Source: an uncultured Gemmatimonadales bacterium
GTDB taxonomy: Bacteria; Gemmatimonadota; Gemmatimonadetes; Gemmatimonadales; GWC2-71-9
NCBI GenBank assembly: GCA_963821525.1
Contig: CAWGED010000008.1
Span: 128,001-192,000, forward strand
Direction of reading: 5' to 3'
Length of the DNA stretch: 64,000 nucleotides
Shown here in pieces: positions 42,896-54,439 of the stretch; within the stretch, counting starts at the first letter, position 1; every line of letters begins with the position of its first letter. The notes under the pieces are model-generated. The model did not search any database. It saw nothing but the letters and a program-made list of their open reading frames with translations, and was not told the origin of the DNA. The position numbers and the translations under genes are program-made.

Positions 42896-45113
42896 CTAGG
42901 GGGTCGCAGGACCGATCACCAGCCGAAACCGGTCCGGATATCGAACCGCAGCCCGTCGCCGCCATCGGTGATCGGATAGCTGAAATCGAAGCGCAGCAGC
43001 CCACCGGCAATCGAAACTCCGAGTCCCGCGCCCGATAGGACACTCGTCGAAAACAGCTCGTCCGCGGCACCCAGCCTGTCCCACGTCAATGAACGGCACT
43101 GGGCGGATCAGACCCTTGGTCAGCGGCCAGTCGGCCTGTGCGGCCCAGAAGGACTGACCTCTGCGAGTCCCGTAATCGAAGCCCCGGACAGTCGGCACAC
43201 CGCCCAACCTGAACTCCTGCTGCGCCAGCGTCGGCGACGTCGCGATGCCGGCCTTGAGCGTGAACACCGGGCGGCGACGTCCCCCGACCCACCGGCTGCC
43301 TCAAGCTGCCGAAGAGTCGCCCGGTCGCGGTCCCGTCGCCCGCGAGCACGTCGGCACCCAGCCGCCAGCGGCCGTGGAATCGTGAGCCATCGATGCTGAC
43401 ACTCGCACCGGCGAAAGTCCCCTCGTCTATCGGTGGATTGTCCGGGAATTCCCCGGAGCCGCCGAGGAAATCGTTGATGTGGGAGAATGCCTCGGTTCTG
43501 ACACTGCTCTGCACCTCGACTCGCGCACTCATGTTCAGCTCGACTCCCAGGCCGATCGAACTCTCCCGAGTGATCACGCCGCCCTGCGCCAGGTAGTAGT
43601 CGGCGTCGTCGTGGGCGACGAAGATGGCACCCAGTGAATTTCCGAGGCTTCGATAGCGGCCGAATGGATCCCCGCTCGCCATTTCCCGGTAGCCGCGCAG
43701 CCGCCAGCGAGCGCCCGGCGCTTCCCGGGTCACCGTCAGGGCGCCGGTCAGGCGGTGGTCGTTGATGCCGAAGCGGGCCTCTCCGGCGATCGAGGTGAAA
43801 GGATCGCCGGGCCACTGCACCCGGTAGGCAAAGCCGGGATTGAATCCCTGGATCTTGTTGTAGCGGACGATTTCGGAGAACTGGGTCCAATCAACTCCTG
43901 ATGTCTGCCGGCCGGTCAGGTCGGACGGCAGGTCCGCCGCCATTTTCTCGAGGTCGGATGCCAGCTCACGCTGCTGGCGCGCTGCGGCGGAATTCTCTTC
44001 GAACTGGAGCGAGTCCCCCCAGTCGGCGTACTGCTTGAGCGAATCGCCTGGCGCGCGATGGATCTCGAATCGTCCGCCGGGCCACCGGCCGGCATCGTCC
44101 CGCTCCAGCTCATCCTCCTTCAGCGCGCCTCCCTCTTTACGCCGCTCACGACCCACTTCCCGCAGCGAGTCCCGCCGTGCCTTGACCAGTGCTTTGACAC
44201 TGTCCGGATCGGTCACCGAGTCCGGCAACTCCATCGTGAACCGCACCGGTTTCCCGGTGTTGACCTCATAGTCGTCGAAGGTGGTGGAAGCCTGGAACGG
44301 AATCACCAGCTCGCCGAACCAGGGAATCTCCACCCGACCGCTGATCACCTGGCGGTACGGCATCCAGTACTTGGACTCGAGCAGGAAATACTCCAGGTCC
44401 GCATTCAGGCTCAGTACCTGGTTGATGATCTTGTTGGCCTTTTTGGCCTCGGAGGAATCCTTTCGTGTTGTCCCGTCAGGGCCGAACCAGAGATCGGTCC
44501 CCACGTAGCGGAAGGAGAATCGCACCACATCCGAGGTGACCGCGTCGAGCCAGAGTCGCCCCGCGACCAGGGCGCCACCTTTCCGGCGCGGCAGGACCTC
44601 AATCGCCAGCAGGTGCGCTGTCGTTCCGTCCGGAGCGGTGATGGTGACACTGTCGGATAGAGCGTAGTGGTACCAGGCGGGACCGTCTGGGGCGAGCGGG
44701 TGCAGCGCGGCGCGCTCGGGGAAATCGTTGCCGAAGACCCGGACCGAGTCGCCCAGCGAGCGGGGCACGAACCATGGCTGGTCGAAGACCGAGGAGATGT
44801 CGAACTGCTCGGAGCGGGAGCGAGCGCGACGTCCCAGAATCTCCACCCTCAGGTCATTGGGCGCCGACCAGTGGACCCGGCCCTCCTGCTCCTCCACCGC
44901 CGCGTTCGGCACCTCGGCCCAGCGCCGCCGGCCGAAACCAAAGGAGAGGCGGTAGCGGATCCGCGCGAAATAATCCTGGACTTGGGTATCCGCGTTCTGA
45001 TGCCGCTCCATCGCGCGCTCGACCAGAACCTGAGTCGCGCTGGAGGCGTATATCGTCGTGTCTGTTTGTGGAGCGGCCGTGCCTTGAAGCGCGGCCAGAA
45101 GTACCAACAGCAT
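42896..45113 (-). CDS. Outer-membrane protein with C-terminal beta-barrel (frameshifts near 3' end)
   Basis: Signal peptide; RYNKIQG; LGGVPTVRGFD barrel motif in ORF 42896..43267. Confidence 0.7.
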
Positions 45114-45182
45114 GGAGCCGGTCCGCCCGAAGCGAAGGTGAGAACCGTCGCTCCGTCGGACGGGTAGGGGCCCTCGCAGGTT

Positions 45183-46638
45183 TCAGGTTGCGACGGCCCG
45201 CCTCGCTGCCCGGGTCACCGCCGCACCGTGTCGGCTGTAAGAGAAGTAGATCACGAGCCCGATCGCCAGCCAGATAACGAGACGCTCCCAGGTGGCGATC
45301 GGCAGGCTGAACATCTGCACCAGACAGATCAGCGCCCCGGCAATGGGAACCCAGGGAAGACCGGGAGTACGAAAGGGCCGGGGGATTTCAGGCGAGGTAC
45401 GGCGCAGCACCAGGATTCCGATACAGACCAGCACGAACGCGAGCAACGTCCCCATACTCACCAGCTGCCCCAGAACTCCGATTGGGACCAGGCCGGCGGC
45501 CACGGACACGATCGCGCCAACCAGCGCAGTACTGAGATGCGGGAGTCTTGAATCGAGGATGGACCGCGCCGAATGCGCGAGGCAACAGTCCATCCCGGCT
45601 CATCGAGTAGAAGATTCGGGTCTGGCCCAGCAGCTGCACCAGCATGGTGCTGAACAGGCCGAACAAGGCGCTCACCTTGACTAGCGGGCTGAGCCATTTG
45701 AGTCCGGTGCGATCGATGCCGACAGCGAGCGGATCGGCGACGTTGAGCTCGCGATACGGCACGATGCCGATGAGCACGATCGCGACGGCAACGTAGATCA
45801 CGGTGCAGATGAGCAGCGAGGTCAGCATCCCGATCGGCAAGTCTCGCTGGGGACGCTTGGCCTCCTGCGCGGCGGTGGAAACCGCATCGAACCCGACATA
45901 CGCGAAGAACATCACCGCGGCACCCCGCAGCACTCCGCTCCAGCCAAATCTGCCGAACTCTCCGAGGTTGGGCGGTATGAGTGGCGTCAGATTGCTCTTC
46001 TGCACGAACGCCGCTCCAGCCGCTACGAACAGGATCAGCACCCCGGTCTTGATCACGACCAGCACCGTATTGGTGCTGGCGGACTGTTTGATCCCCGCGA
46101 TCAGCAATGCCGCCACCGCGATCACGATCAGCGCCGCGGGAAGATTGAAAACTCCCTGCACCGGAATCCCGTCGGGGCCGCTCATCGTGACGCCGGGAGC
46201 CACCGTGAGAGCCAGCGGCAGGTGAATGCCGAGATCATCCAGCAAGCTCACGCAGTATCCTGACCAGCCCACCGCTACCGTCGAGGCGCTGAGCGCGTAC
46301 TCGAGCACCAGGTCCCAGCCGATGATCCACGCGACCAATTCTCCGCTCGTGGCATAGGCATACGTGTAGGCGCTCCCCGCCACTGGGATCATGGAAGCGA
46401 GCTCGGCATAGCAGAGTCCCGCGAATGCGCAGCCGACACCCGCGATGAGCATCGACAGCACCAGCGCCGGCCCAGCGTTCTGGGATGCGGCGGTGCCGGT
46501 CAAGACGAAGATGCCGGTCCCGATCACCGACCCGATCCCCAGCGCCGTCAGGTGCATGGGACCCAGCGCCCTGCGCAGTCCGCCGCGGTCGCCCTCGGCC
46601 TGCAGGTCCGCGATGGCCTTGCGATGGAACAGGCTCAC
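45183..46638 (-). CDS. APC-family amino acid permease (frameshift ~45548)
   Basis: GSVIGTGIF, CYAELASMIP.AGSAYTY, FFAYVGFDAV, PRPFRTP. Confidence 0.92.
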
Positions 46639-46716
46639 TATGGCTCTCCGGTGAGGTTCGAGAGCCAAGATGGGAAACGGCTGGAAGAGTGGTGTTCGGG
46701 AAACGTCCGAGGCTGG

Positions 46717-47440
46717 TCAGGACTCCTTGACCTGAGCCGGAAGCGGCGGGCTCCAAGGTGAATCGGTATCCCGCCTTTCGCACCGTCAGGAAATGTCGTG
46801 GACTGGCGGGGTCGTCTTCCAGCTTACGGCGTAACTCGGCGATGTGGGTGTCAACAGTCCGGCTCATCACCTCGTCCTGATAGCCCCAGACCTCGGTGAG
46901 CAGCTCGGTGCGCGACACGACTCGCCCGGCTCGTGAGATCAGGGCCAGCAACAGCTGATACTCCTTGGGCCGGAGCGGGACGATCTCGTCTCCCCGAATC
47001 ACACTGTGGGTCGCGGGATACACGGTCACCGCACCGAAGCGGACCGATTCGGCCACTCCGTGAGTCCCAGTGGTGCGCCCGGCGCGGCGCAGCAGCGCGT
47101 CAATCCGCGCCAACAGCTCCATCAGGCCGAACGGCTTGGTCACGTAGTCGTCGGCGCCGACGCGAAGACCACGCACCTTGTCCGACTCGTCGCCCAATGC
47201 GGTGAGAATCAGTACGGGAGCCTGGTTTCCGCCGTCTCGCAGCTCCCGCAGAACCCGATAACCGCTCTGATCGGGCAACATGAGATCGAGGACGATCAGA
47301 TCGGGAGAGAATGAGGCCGCCTCCCGCAGCCCTTGAGCCGCATCGGGCGCGATATGGACGGTGTGTCCCTCGAGCTCGAGGTTGTTGGCGAGTCCCTGCG
47401 CCAGAGTCGCGTTGTCCTCGATGATGAGAATTCGGCTCAT
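46717..47440 (-). CDS. OmpR-family response regulator (3' end approximate)
   Basis: ILIIED, LDLMLP, GADDYVTKPF, RTVDTHIAELRRKLE, TVRKAGYRF. Confidence 0.9.
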
Positions 47441-49095
47441 CGCTGAACGGGCTCGGTGGGTGGTTGGCAGGCCGGCAACGACACGATGAAACAGGCTCCG
47501 GATGGAGACGATTCGAGATCCACATCCCCGCCGTGTCCCTGAACCAGATCTTTCACTACGGCGAGGCCGAGGCCGCTGCCATCGGTGACGTTGCCGCGGC
47601 GCGCCACCCGAACGAAGGGCTCCCAGATGTGAGCCCGTTCCTCCTCGGGAACACCGGCCCCCTGGTCGGCGACCGTGATGCGCGCCATTCCATCTCTGCG
47701 CGCGAGTGAGACCGTAACGGTCTGCCCCGCGGGCCCGTACTTCACCGCGTTGTCGAGCAGGTTGAGCACGATCTGGGTCAGCGCTCCGGAATCGACCGAG
47801 GCGGCCACTGCCTCGTCAAGATCGGTTCGGACCCGCAGGGTTCCGGGCGGTGCGGTGGCGAGGAAGGAAGAGAGGATGCCTCGCAGACGCGGGGCCAGCA
47901 GTGCTGGTTCGGGCGCGAGACCGGCGAGCCCGCGCTCCAGTCGAGCGTATTGCAGGACGTTGTCCACCAGCCGCATCAGCCGCCTTGCCTCCTGGACGAT
48001 CGTCTCCGCCGCCGCGCGGCGCTCATCGTCGTTTCTGGCGCGCTCCAGAGTCAGCGTCTCCCCGTAGAGAAGAATCTGGGCGAGAGGAGTTCGCAGCTCA
48101 TGGGAGACGCTCGACGTAAAGTCCGAGCGGAGCCGGGCCAGCTCATGCTCCCGCCGCAATTGCCGCAAGCCGATCGCCGCCAGGCCACCGGACAGGGCCA
48201 GCAGAGCGAGTAGCAGTGGGAGACGTGAGGAAGGAGTAACCGGAACATCCAACCGGCTGGCCGCGGTCTCGCGCAACCCGACCCGCACCCGCAGAGCGGC
48301 GGGCGGATCCATCGCTACTTCGTGGGAGAACCGGTCGGCGGCGCCGGGAGCGGAGGCATAGATGGACCGGCCTCCCGCATCGTAGACGGTGAGGGTAAGC
48401 AAGGAATCGTTGGGCAGTCCTCGGCTCACCGCCTGTGGTAGCAGAGCTTCGTTGGCGAACACCCGTTGCAGGAGCTGGAGTCCCACGGCACTTCGGCAAG
48501 TGAGGAAGCCATACACCGCTATCGGAGCGCCAGGCTCGGCGAAGGCGCCGTATTGGGCATGCTTGATCCCGTAGACCAGCGCCATCGTCGAATCGTGATC
48601 CGCCCCGCCCACGGTCCCGAACCTCCGACCCGGCTGGAGCGCCTCCCACGTCAGCGTGTCAGTGATCCACCTACGCCGTGTAGGACTGGGCGTCGGTCCC
48701 ATCGTGGTAAGCGAGCCGTCGCGCAGGTCGAGTCTGAAGTGCAGCCGGTCGGGATCGCCCCCGGAGTCGGTGCAGCGGAGCAGAGGGGCCGCAGACGCGA
48801 CGATCACCTGTGGTGAGGGGAGCCGGTCATACGGCGAGGTTGCCCGGGTTCCGGTAGCCGAGCTCAGGGCATCCCGCATCTCGTTCTCGAGCCGGGTGGT
48901 GGCCTTGGCGATGAGCTCCCAGGACGCGAAGGTGGCGTAGTCGCGCAGCGCCCGCTCCGCGGTTACCCGACGGGAACGCGCCGCCTGTACGGCCTCGTAG
49001 GCGACCAATCCCGCGAGTGCCAATACCACGAGAAGGAGCCCGAGTAGCAGGCTGGCGCTGCCAGGCCAGGCGCGCCACGGTGAGGTGCGGCTCAT
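47437..49095 (-). CDS. Sensor histidine kinase
   Basis: Two TM segments; SHELRTPL, NLLDNAVKY, DQGAG, GSGLGL. Confidence 0.93.
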   Translation of the reverse strand: MSRTSPWRAWPGSASLLLGLLLVVLALAGLVAYEAVQAARSRRVTAERALRDYATFASWELIAKATTRLENEMRDALSSATGTRATSPYDRLPSPQVIVASAAPLLRCTDSGGDPDRLHFRLDLRDGSLTTMGPTPSPTRRRWITDTLTWEALQPGRRFGTVGGADHDSTMALVYGIKHAQYGAFAEPGAPIAVYGFLTCRSAVGLQLLQRVFANEALLPQAVSRGLPNDSLLTLTVYDAGGRSIYASAPGAADRFSHEVAMDPPAALRVRVGLRETAASRLDVPVTPSSRLPLLLALLALSGGLAAIGLRQLRREHELARLRSDFTSSVSHELRTPLAQILLYGETLTLERARNDDERRAAAETIVQEARRLMRLVDNVLQYARLERGLAGLAPEPALLAPRLRGILSSFLATAPPGTLRVRTDLDEAVAASVDSGALTQIVLNLLDNAVKYGPAGQTVTVSLARRDGMARITVADQGAGVPEEERAHIWEPFVRVARRGNVTDGSGLGLAVVKDLVQGHGGDVDLESSPSGACFIVSLPACQPPTEPVQR

Positions 49096-49186
49096 ACGCG
49101 AGAGTATGAGGTCGGGTGCGGGAAAAGCGAAAGGCCCCGCTCATCACGGGGCCCGGCACTACGGACGTTGATCGGTATCGCTTCGC

Positions 49187-49648
49187 TCAGCTCGCTGTGC
49201 GGGCCCATTTGGAGCGCCCGTCGCGATGTAGTCCGTAGGCCTTCAGCCTGCGCCACAGGGTGGTGCGGCTGATTCCGAGACTCTTCGCCGTCTCCGCCAG
49301 CTTCCAGCCATGGGTATCGAGCGAGCGCACAATCGCATCGCGCTCCCGATCGGCCAGGGTAGTCGGGCCATCGATCCCGGGGATGAACATCGCCTCTCCC
49401 AGCTCGATCGCTCCCACCCGGAGCGGGCGCAGCCGGCCACCCAGAGAAGCCAGGCGGGGCATCAGGCCCGAGGCATCCTCCCCCGGTCCCAGCATGTCTG
49501 TCAGTGCTTCGCGAGCTGGAGTGTTGGCGTAGAGCATCCGGCCGTCAGGGTCGAAAACCACGACCCCTTCACTGAACCCGTCCAGAAGCGCCTTCGCCAA
49601 CGGAGAGAAAACGGAGGGGAGCTGGGTTGGTGTAGTTGTATCCGGCAT
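49187..49648 (-). CDS. Small PAS + Fis-type HTH protein
   Basis: EGVVVFDPDGRMLYAN PAS start; TAKSLGISRTTLWRRLK HTH. Confidence 0.8.
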   Translation of the reverse strand: MPDTTTPTQLPSVFSPLAKALLDGFSEGVVVFDPDGRMLYANTPAREALTDMLGPGEDASGLMPRLASLGGRLRPLRVGAIELGEAMFIPGIDGPTTLADRERDAIVRSLDTHGWKLAETAKSLGISRTTLWRRLKAYGLHRDGRSKWARTAS

Positions 49649-49821
49649 ATCGCGCTCTACGTCCCGGGGTCGAGGCGGGTTTCAGGCCGCTACCCAGCGA
49701 CCTGCTCCGCGACTTCATTGCAACCTGTTCTGAGCTAATCGGTTCAAACGAATCCAGCCGGCCCACTTCACTGGCCTTTGCCGAGGGGACGAACAAGCCC
49801 GCTGTCGGTTGTACAACTCTG

Positions 49822-50712
49822 TTACTCACCGACCATGGAAGCGACCGGCACCTCGCGACGCTCCCGCCGTTCGCCCCAGATCACCAGTGCCAAGCCCGTA
49901 AAGATGCCGAGGGCGGCAATCGCGGCCCGCGGTGTCACCTTTTCCCCCTCCAGCAGCAGTGGTGCGACGGCCGCAGTGAAAACCGGCTGGAGGTAGGTGA
50001 AGCCGGCGACCAGGTTCGATGACGCCCGCTTGAGCGCCCAGATATTCAGAAAGTAGGCCAGGATCGTGGGAAAGAGCACAATGTACCCGACCAGCAGCCA
50101 GCTCCTGGCGTGAACCGGACCCAGTTGGTGTAGCCCATACAACCCTCCGGGCAGGACGCCTATCGCCCCGAAAAGCATCACGTAGTAACTCACCGTGATC
50201 GCCGAATAGCGATCCAGCATCCGCCGCACCAGCACCAGGTACGCCGCGTACGCCATCATGGCGACGACGATCATCGCATTCCCAAGAGCAAGACCCGGTG
50301 CGAGAGACACCCGATCGGGTCCGATGAGGTACACAGCCGCGGAGCCGGCGAGCAGGATACCGAGAACTTTGGAGGTCGAAGGGGATTCCTTCCGGAACAG
50401 GAGTGAACCGAGGACGGTAAATACCGGCACCAGCGTCACCAGAATCGTGGCGTTGACCGCGGTCGTATGACGGAGCCCGAGGAGGAACAAGGATTGATTG
50501 GCCGCAACACCTAGCAGGCCCATCAGCGCGAGACTGCGGAGATCAGCCCGGTCTCGCACCGGCTGGAGCCTGAGTGCCCGGTGAGCGACGGCAAGCACCG
50601 TGGCCGCTCCGCCGATCCGCGCCAGGATCAGGACGCCCGGCGGGATCTCCTGCATGACCAGTTTCCCCACGATGGCGAGACTCGCCATGAGGGCCTGGAC
50701 CAGGATCAGCAC
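49822..50712 (-). CDS. DMT/EamA-family transporter
   Basis: About ten TM helices in two repeats; TTAVNA, YLQPVF. Confidence 0.85.
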   Translation of the reverse strand: MLILVQALMASLAIVGKLVMQEIPPGVLILARIGGAATVLAVAHRALRLQPVRDRADLRSLALMGLLGVAANQSLFLLGLRHTTAVNATILVTLVPVFTVLGSLLFRKESPSTSKVLGILLAGSAAVYLIGPDRVSLAPGLALGNAMIVVAMMAYAAYLVLVRRMLDRYSAITVSYYVMLFGAIGVLPGGLYGLHQLGPVHARSWLLVGYIVLFPTILAYFLNIWALKRASSNLVAGFTYLQPVFTAAVAPLLLEGEKVTPRAAIAALGIFTGLALVIWGERRERREVPVASMVGE

Positions 50713-50732
50713 CAGATGGACGATGCGGCCTC

Positions 50733-53279
50733 CTAGCGGTGTCTGCGGCGACGAGGCCGCGCGCGGGGTTCGTTGCGGGGAAGGCTCATCAAGGCAACGC
50801 GTAGCTCCGCTAGCGAAGCCGCGCGAACGGCCGGATGCCTGCCGCGCACCACGGTGAACCGGACCGGACGATCGAGCGGCGGGATCTCGCGTTCATGTAA
50901 TCGTCGTGCCTGGCCTTCGCGCAGGCGCAATCGGACCACCCCCGTGCCCGACTCGACCTCGTAATCGAGCGGGACAGCGTCGCCGTGCAATCGGACTATC
51001 GATGGAAGGGACATCAGCCGGTCGCGAACCTCTGGAGCCACCAGCGCTCCGACTTCCAGCGACAACCGCGTGCCCAGAAAGCCCTGCCAGCTGGTGACGT
51101 GCTTCAACTGGTCCAGAAGGTTGGCTCGGACCGCTGACTGCTCAATTGCCGCAAGCGTCCCTCCCGATCTCCGCCACAGCTCACCCAGTTCGTCCAGCAC
51201 GCGACGGAGACGAGGCTGATCGGGATGAATCGTCTCCCCGGCCAGAAGGGCATCGACCAGTCCCTCGGGTAATGCCTCGCGTAGTTCCGGCGGGACCTCC
51301 CCATGGAGGGGCTCGCGAACGTGCTCCAGCTCAAAACCGAAATAGTCCAGCCTCCGGGTCACCACGAGATGCTGATCGCGGCGCGATCCAGCCATCTCGA
51401 TGCGCGGGGAGCCTCGGACCGCGTAACGCCGCACGAGGTCGTACGGAATGGTGGTTCCCTCGATAGCGGCGCGGGAGATTCCGTAGCGATCCGCGAAATA
51501 GCGCAGGCCTCCCGCAACCGCGCCCCAGCTCCCCGCCATCGACCCTCGGCTTACTCGCGCCTCCTGGCCGTCGGCCGTGTGTTCGTCGATTACCAGATCG
51601 AAAGGCATGATCCGGGCGACCAGATCGATGAACTCCTGCTGCAGCTCGCGGCCGAGATCGGGAAGCTTGTTTGGTAACTCGAGTTCCAGCGCGCGAAAAA
51701 CCGATGCAGTTCCCAGGGCCACATCTTCGATTGCCTTGATCAGGACGCCACGCCGTTCCGCCCACTCCTCCATCCCCTCGTCGAAGACGTGCCGGGGAAG
51801 CCCGTAGACTTCTCCGAGATAGCCATGCCGATTCACCGCTTCGGCATAGAGGCGGTAGGCGGTGAGATGATCGCTTCCGTTGACCTTCACGCCTTCCAGG
51901 TTGCGCTCTTCCCGGGTCATCCGGTGGAGCGACTCGATGTTGGAACAGACGGCGACTATCGGCAGCAGACCCGTGCCGGCGTTGACCAGCAGCTCGCCCC
52001 AGGCACGCTCGACCGGCATCGCCTCGACCTCGCGCCCGTAGGGCGTGAGTTTCCCATCGGCCACCAACCCGCGAGAGGTAAGCAGCCCGAGGGCTCGCTT
52101 ATAAGCGATTCGATCGAGGGCAACTGGCAGGTCGAGATCGCTGGCATCGACTCCGATAGCGGCACAGGTAATCGCTACCCGTTCCGCGTCGCCCGCAAGC
52201 TGGAATTCGGGAGGCGTTGGACGCAATTGCTCGAAGACGAGGCGGCGGTCGCTGAGGATGAAGACCTGTCCGTCAGAAACCCGACCGTGCACCCGCCCCG
52301 CCATTTGCAGGATCTCGTTGGCACCGAGGTAGAGCCGGTGCAGAACGTTCCGCCCGCGCTCGACCACGTTGGCGTAGCGGGCGTCGTAAATCACCACCGT
52401 GTCGAGGCCTCGGATATTCAGCGCCGATTGTCCTGCCGCCGTCATGGCCAGGAGAAATGGCGGGCGCGCTTCTCCCTCCAGGAACGGTCGTAGCACCCTG
52501 ATAGGCTCGCCGCCGTGATAGAACGCGGCAGTGAGACGGGGCCACCGTTCTCCCAGACCCTGCGCCAGTTGTTCCACTTCCGCTCGGGTTGGCACGAACA
52601 CCGCGACACCGCGCTTCTCCTTGATCACGTGCCGCAGGAATTTCTCGTCCAGAAATTCTTCCGCCCGCATCGGGATCACCTTGACCCGCGCCTTCAGCGC
52701 AGGATCGAAGGCCGAGCTCTCCAGCACCTCGCTGCTGCCGAGGTAACGGGCGTAGAAGGCGGGATCCACGGTGGCGCTGAGCCAGATGAAGCGGCATCCA
52801 GCTCGCTTCCCCAGAGCGAGGCAGAGCTCGAGCTCGGCGGAAGTCTGATGAATCTCATCCGCGATGAGCGTATCGCGGCCGGTGATGAGGCCGTCCTCGA
52901 ACCAGCGGCGTGCGATACCGGTCGTCACGATCACGACATTCCAGGACGGCGTCTCCGGAGTCGCTTCCCGCTCCCGGTTCACGACTCCGACTTGAAGCGG
53001 CGCGTGCAGGATCGATTCGGCGATGGGCCGGATGGCGAGTGTTTTTCCGACGCCGGTACCAGCCACGATGCCGAAGCCCTTCCCCGCCGCGGCCCATTCT
53101 CTCAGCTCCCTACCGTGCTCCCTCTCGAGCAGAGTATCGATGTGGAGTGCCGTCGCCAGCTCAATGGTCTCACAGGCCGCGCGGGTCGGGGCAATGACGA
53201 CGACTCGGCCTCGCGGATGCGGGGCGCGGCGATATGCCTCGAGATCGAGTGGGAGCTGGTGATTGCGGGCTGGGTGCAC
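50733..53279 (-). CDS. DEAH-box (HrpB-like) helicase
   Basis: GTGVGKT, DEIH, SAT, VFVPT, QMAGR. Confidence 0.85.
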   Translation of the reverse strand: MHPARNHQLPLDLEAYRRAPHPRGRVVVIAPTRAACETIELATALHIDTLLEREHGRELREWAAAGKGFGIVAGTGVGKTLAIRPIAESILHAPLQVGVVNREREATPETPSWNVVIVTTGIARRWFEDGLITGRDTLIADEIHQTSAELELCLALGKRAGCRFIWLSATVDPAFYARYLGSSEVLESSAFDPALKARVKVIPMRAEEFLDEKFLRHVIKEKRGVAVFVPTRAEVEQLAQGLGERWPRLTAAFYHGGEPIRVLRPFLEGEARPPFLLAMTAAGQSALNIRGLDTVVIYDARYANVVERGRNVLHRLYLGANEILQMAGRVHGRVSDGQVFILSDRRLVFEQLRPTPPEFQLAGDAERVAITCAAIGVDASDLDLPVALDRIAYKRALGLLTSRGLVADGKLTPYGREVEAMPVERAWGELLVNAGTGLLPIVAVCSNIESLHRMTREERNLEGVKVNGSDHLTAYRLYAEAVNRHGYLGEVYGLPRHVFDEGMEEWAERRGVLIKAIEDVALGTASVFRALELELPNKLPDLGRELQQEFIDLVARIMPFDLVIDEHTADGQEARVSRGSMAGSWGAVAGGLRYFADRYGISRAAIEGTTIPYDLVRRYAVRGSPRIEMAGSRRDQHLVVTRRLDYFGFELEHVREPLHGEVPPELREALPEGLVDALLAGETIHPDQPRLRRVLDELGELWRRSGGTLAAIEQSAVRANLLDQLKHVTSWQGFLGTRLSLEVGALVAPEVRDRLMSLPSIVRLHGDAVPLDYEVESGTGVVRLRLREGQARRLHEREIPPLDRPVRFTVVRGRHPAVRAASLAELRVALMSLPRNEPRARPRRRRHR

Positions 53280-53288
53280 AACTAAAGA

Positions 53289-53633
53289 CTAGTTGCGCAC
53301 GAACGCTATCGTCACCACCGCGTGGGGTTTCCGGACCTTCCGAATGGAGTCTTCCGCGAGCACCACGCTCCGGGTGATCTGAACCAATGAAGCTGGCCCC
53401 GGACGAGCGGCGGGGTCGAAAGCCTCCCTTAAGGCGAGCTGAACGGGCTCAACTGAAACGACCCTGGCCGACACTTGCAGAGCGCCCTGCTTCTGAGCTT
53501 GGGCGGCTGGGATTGGACCCAACAGGGTCAGGGCGGCGACGAGAACTGCTCCCCGTAGGCAGCATGGGGAGGTAGCGGCACGCGGCTCGGGGAGAGCCAC
53601 GTCCCGCGGTCGGGATGGAAGAGATTGGCACAT
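53289..53633 (-). CDS. Small secreted hypothetical protein (start uncertain)
   Basis: Signal-like AVLVAALTLLGPIPAAQA followed by a short mature region. Confidence 0.45.
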   Translation of the reverse strand: MCQSLPSRPRDVALPEPRAATSPCCLRGAVLVAALTLLGPIPAAQAQKQGALQVSARVVSVEPVQLALREAFDPAARPGPASLVQITRSVVLAEDSIRKVRKPHAVVTIAFVRN

Positions 53634-53761
53634 GACGACTTGGCCTTCCTGGCGGAGGTACTAAAACTGCCCAAAATGCGACTGGTTGTGTCTAATAGAT
53701 AGACACCAGAAATTGCATGTTTTGAACGACTTACCACGTGCAGCAGACAGGTTTAAGACAA

Positions 53762-53778
53762 GCGGCACACTGGTTGCC
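53762..53778 (+). promoter_or_regulatory. Sigma54-type (-24/-12) promoter
   Basis: cGGCACactggTTGC, GG-N10-GC spacing, ~70 bp before the pilin start. Confidence 0.65.
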
Positions 53779-53847
53779 CTACCCCGGCTGTCCGGAGCTG
53801 ACACTCCGACCGCGGTTCTCTCAACTCCAACAGGTGAGGCTAGGGCA

Positions 53848-54342
53848 ATGCGCACTACAATCCGAGTATCGGCCGTCTTGGCCGCTGTCTTGAGCCTGGG
53901 CGCTTTGCCGGCCATGGCTCAGAGTGCCAACATCAACGCCGTCGCCAACGTCTTTCAGGCGATTACCGTGACCGGGGCCCAGACGTTGGATTTCGGCAAC
54001 GTCTTTCCCGGCGTGGCCAAGACCATTGCTGTCACCGACCCCACCAGCGGCAGGTTCGACCTCGCGGGTCAGGGCAGCGCTCCGGTGCAGTTGACCTTTA
54101 CTCTGCCAGTGAACCTGATCAGCGGCGCCAACAGTCTGCCGATCGCGACCTGGACCGGCTGCACCAATCCGACGAACACGACTGCCAGCTGCACCGGCTT
54201 TACCCCGTCCGGCACGGCCACCGCGAGCGCGTTCAGCGGTGCGGGTGCCTTGTTCGTGTTTGTTGGTGCTACCGTCTCGCCGGCCGCAGCCCAAGCCGCC
54301 GGGGCTTACACCGGCACCGTTACCCTGACGGCGAACTACTAA
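53848..54342 (+). CDS. DUF4402/spore-coat-U-like major pilin subunit
   Basis: Signal peptide; LDFG; Cys pair; C-terminal AGAYTGTVTLTANY. Confidence 0.8.
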   Translation: MRTTIRVSAVLAAVLSLGALPAMAQSANINAVANVFQAITVTGAQTLDFGNVFPGVAKTIAVTDPTSGRFDLAGQGSAPVQLTFTLPVNLISGANSLPIATWTGCTNPTNTTASCTGFTPSGTATASAFSGAGALFVFVGATVSPAAAQAAGAYTGTVTLTANY

Positions 54343-54439
54343 CATCGACCGAAGGGCTTTCCGGGCGTCTCACGGGTGACATGGACTCGGCTATCTTGCT
54401 CGAGTCCTCCACCCGTGGGGCCCGCCCCGGGATTCCCAC

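Noticed and set aside
46235..47440. 401-aa response regulator with a long C-terminal extension
   Set aside because: Extension is out-of-frame read-through over the permease gene, probably from an indel near the true stop
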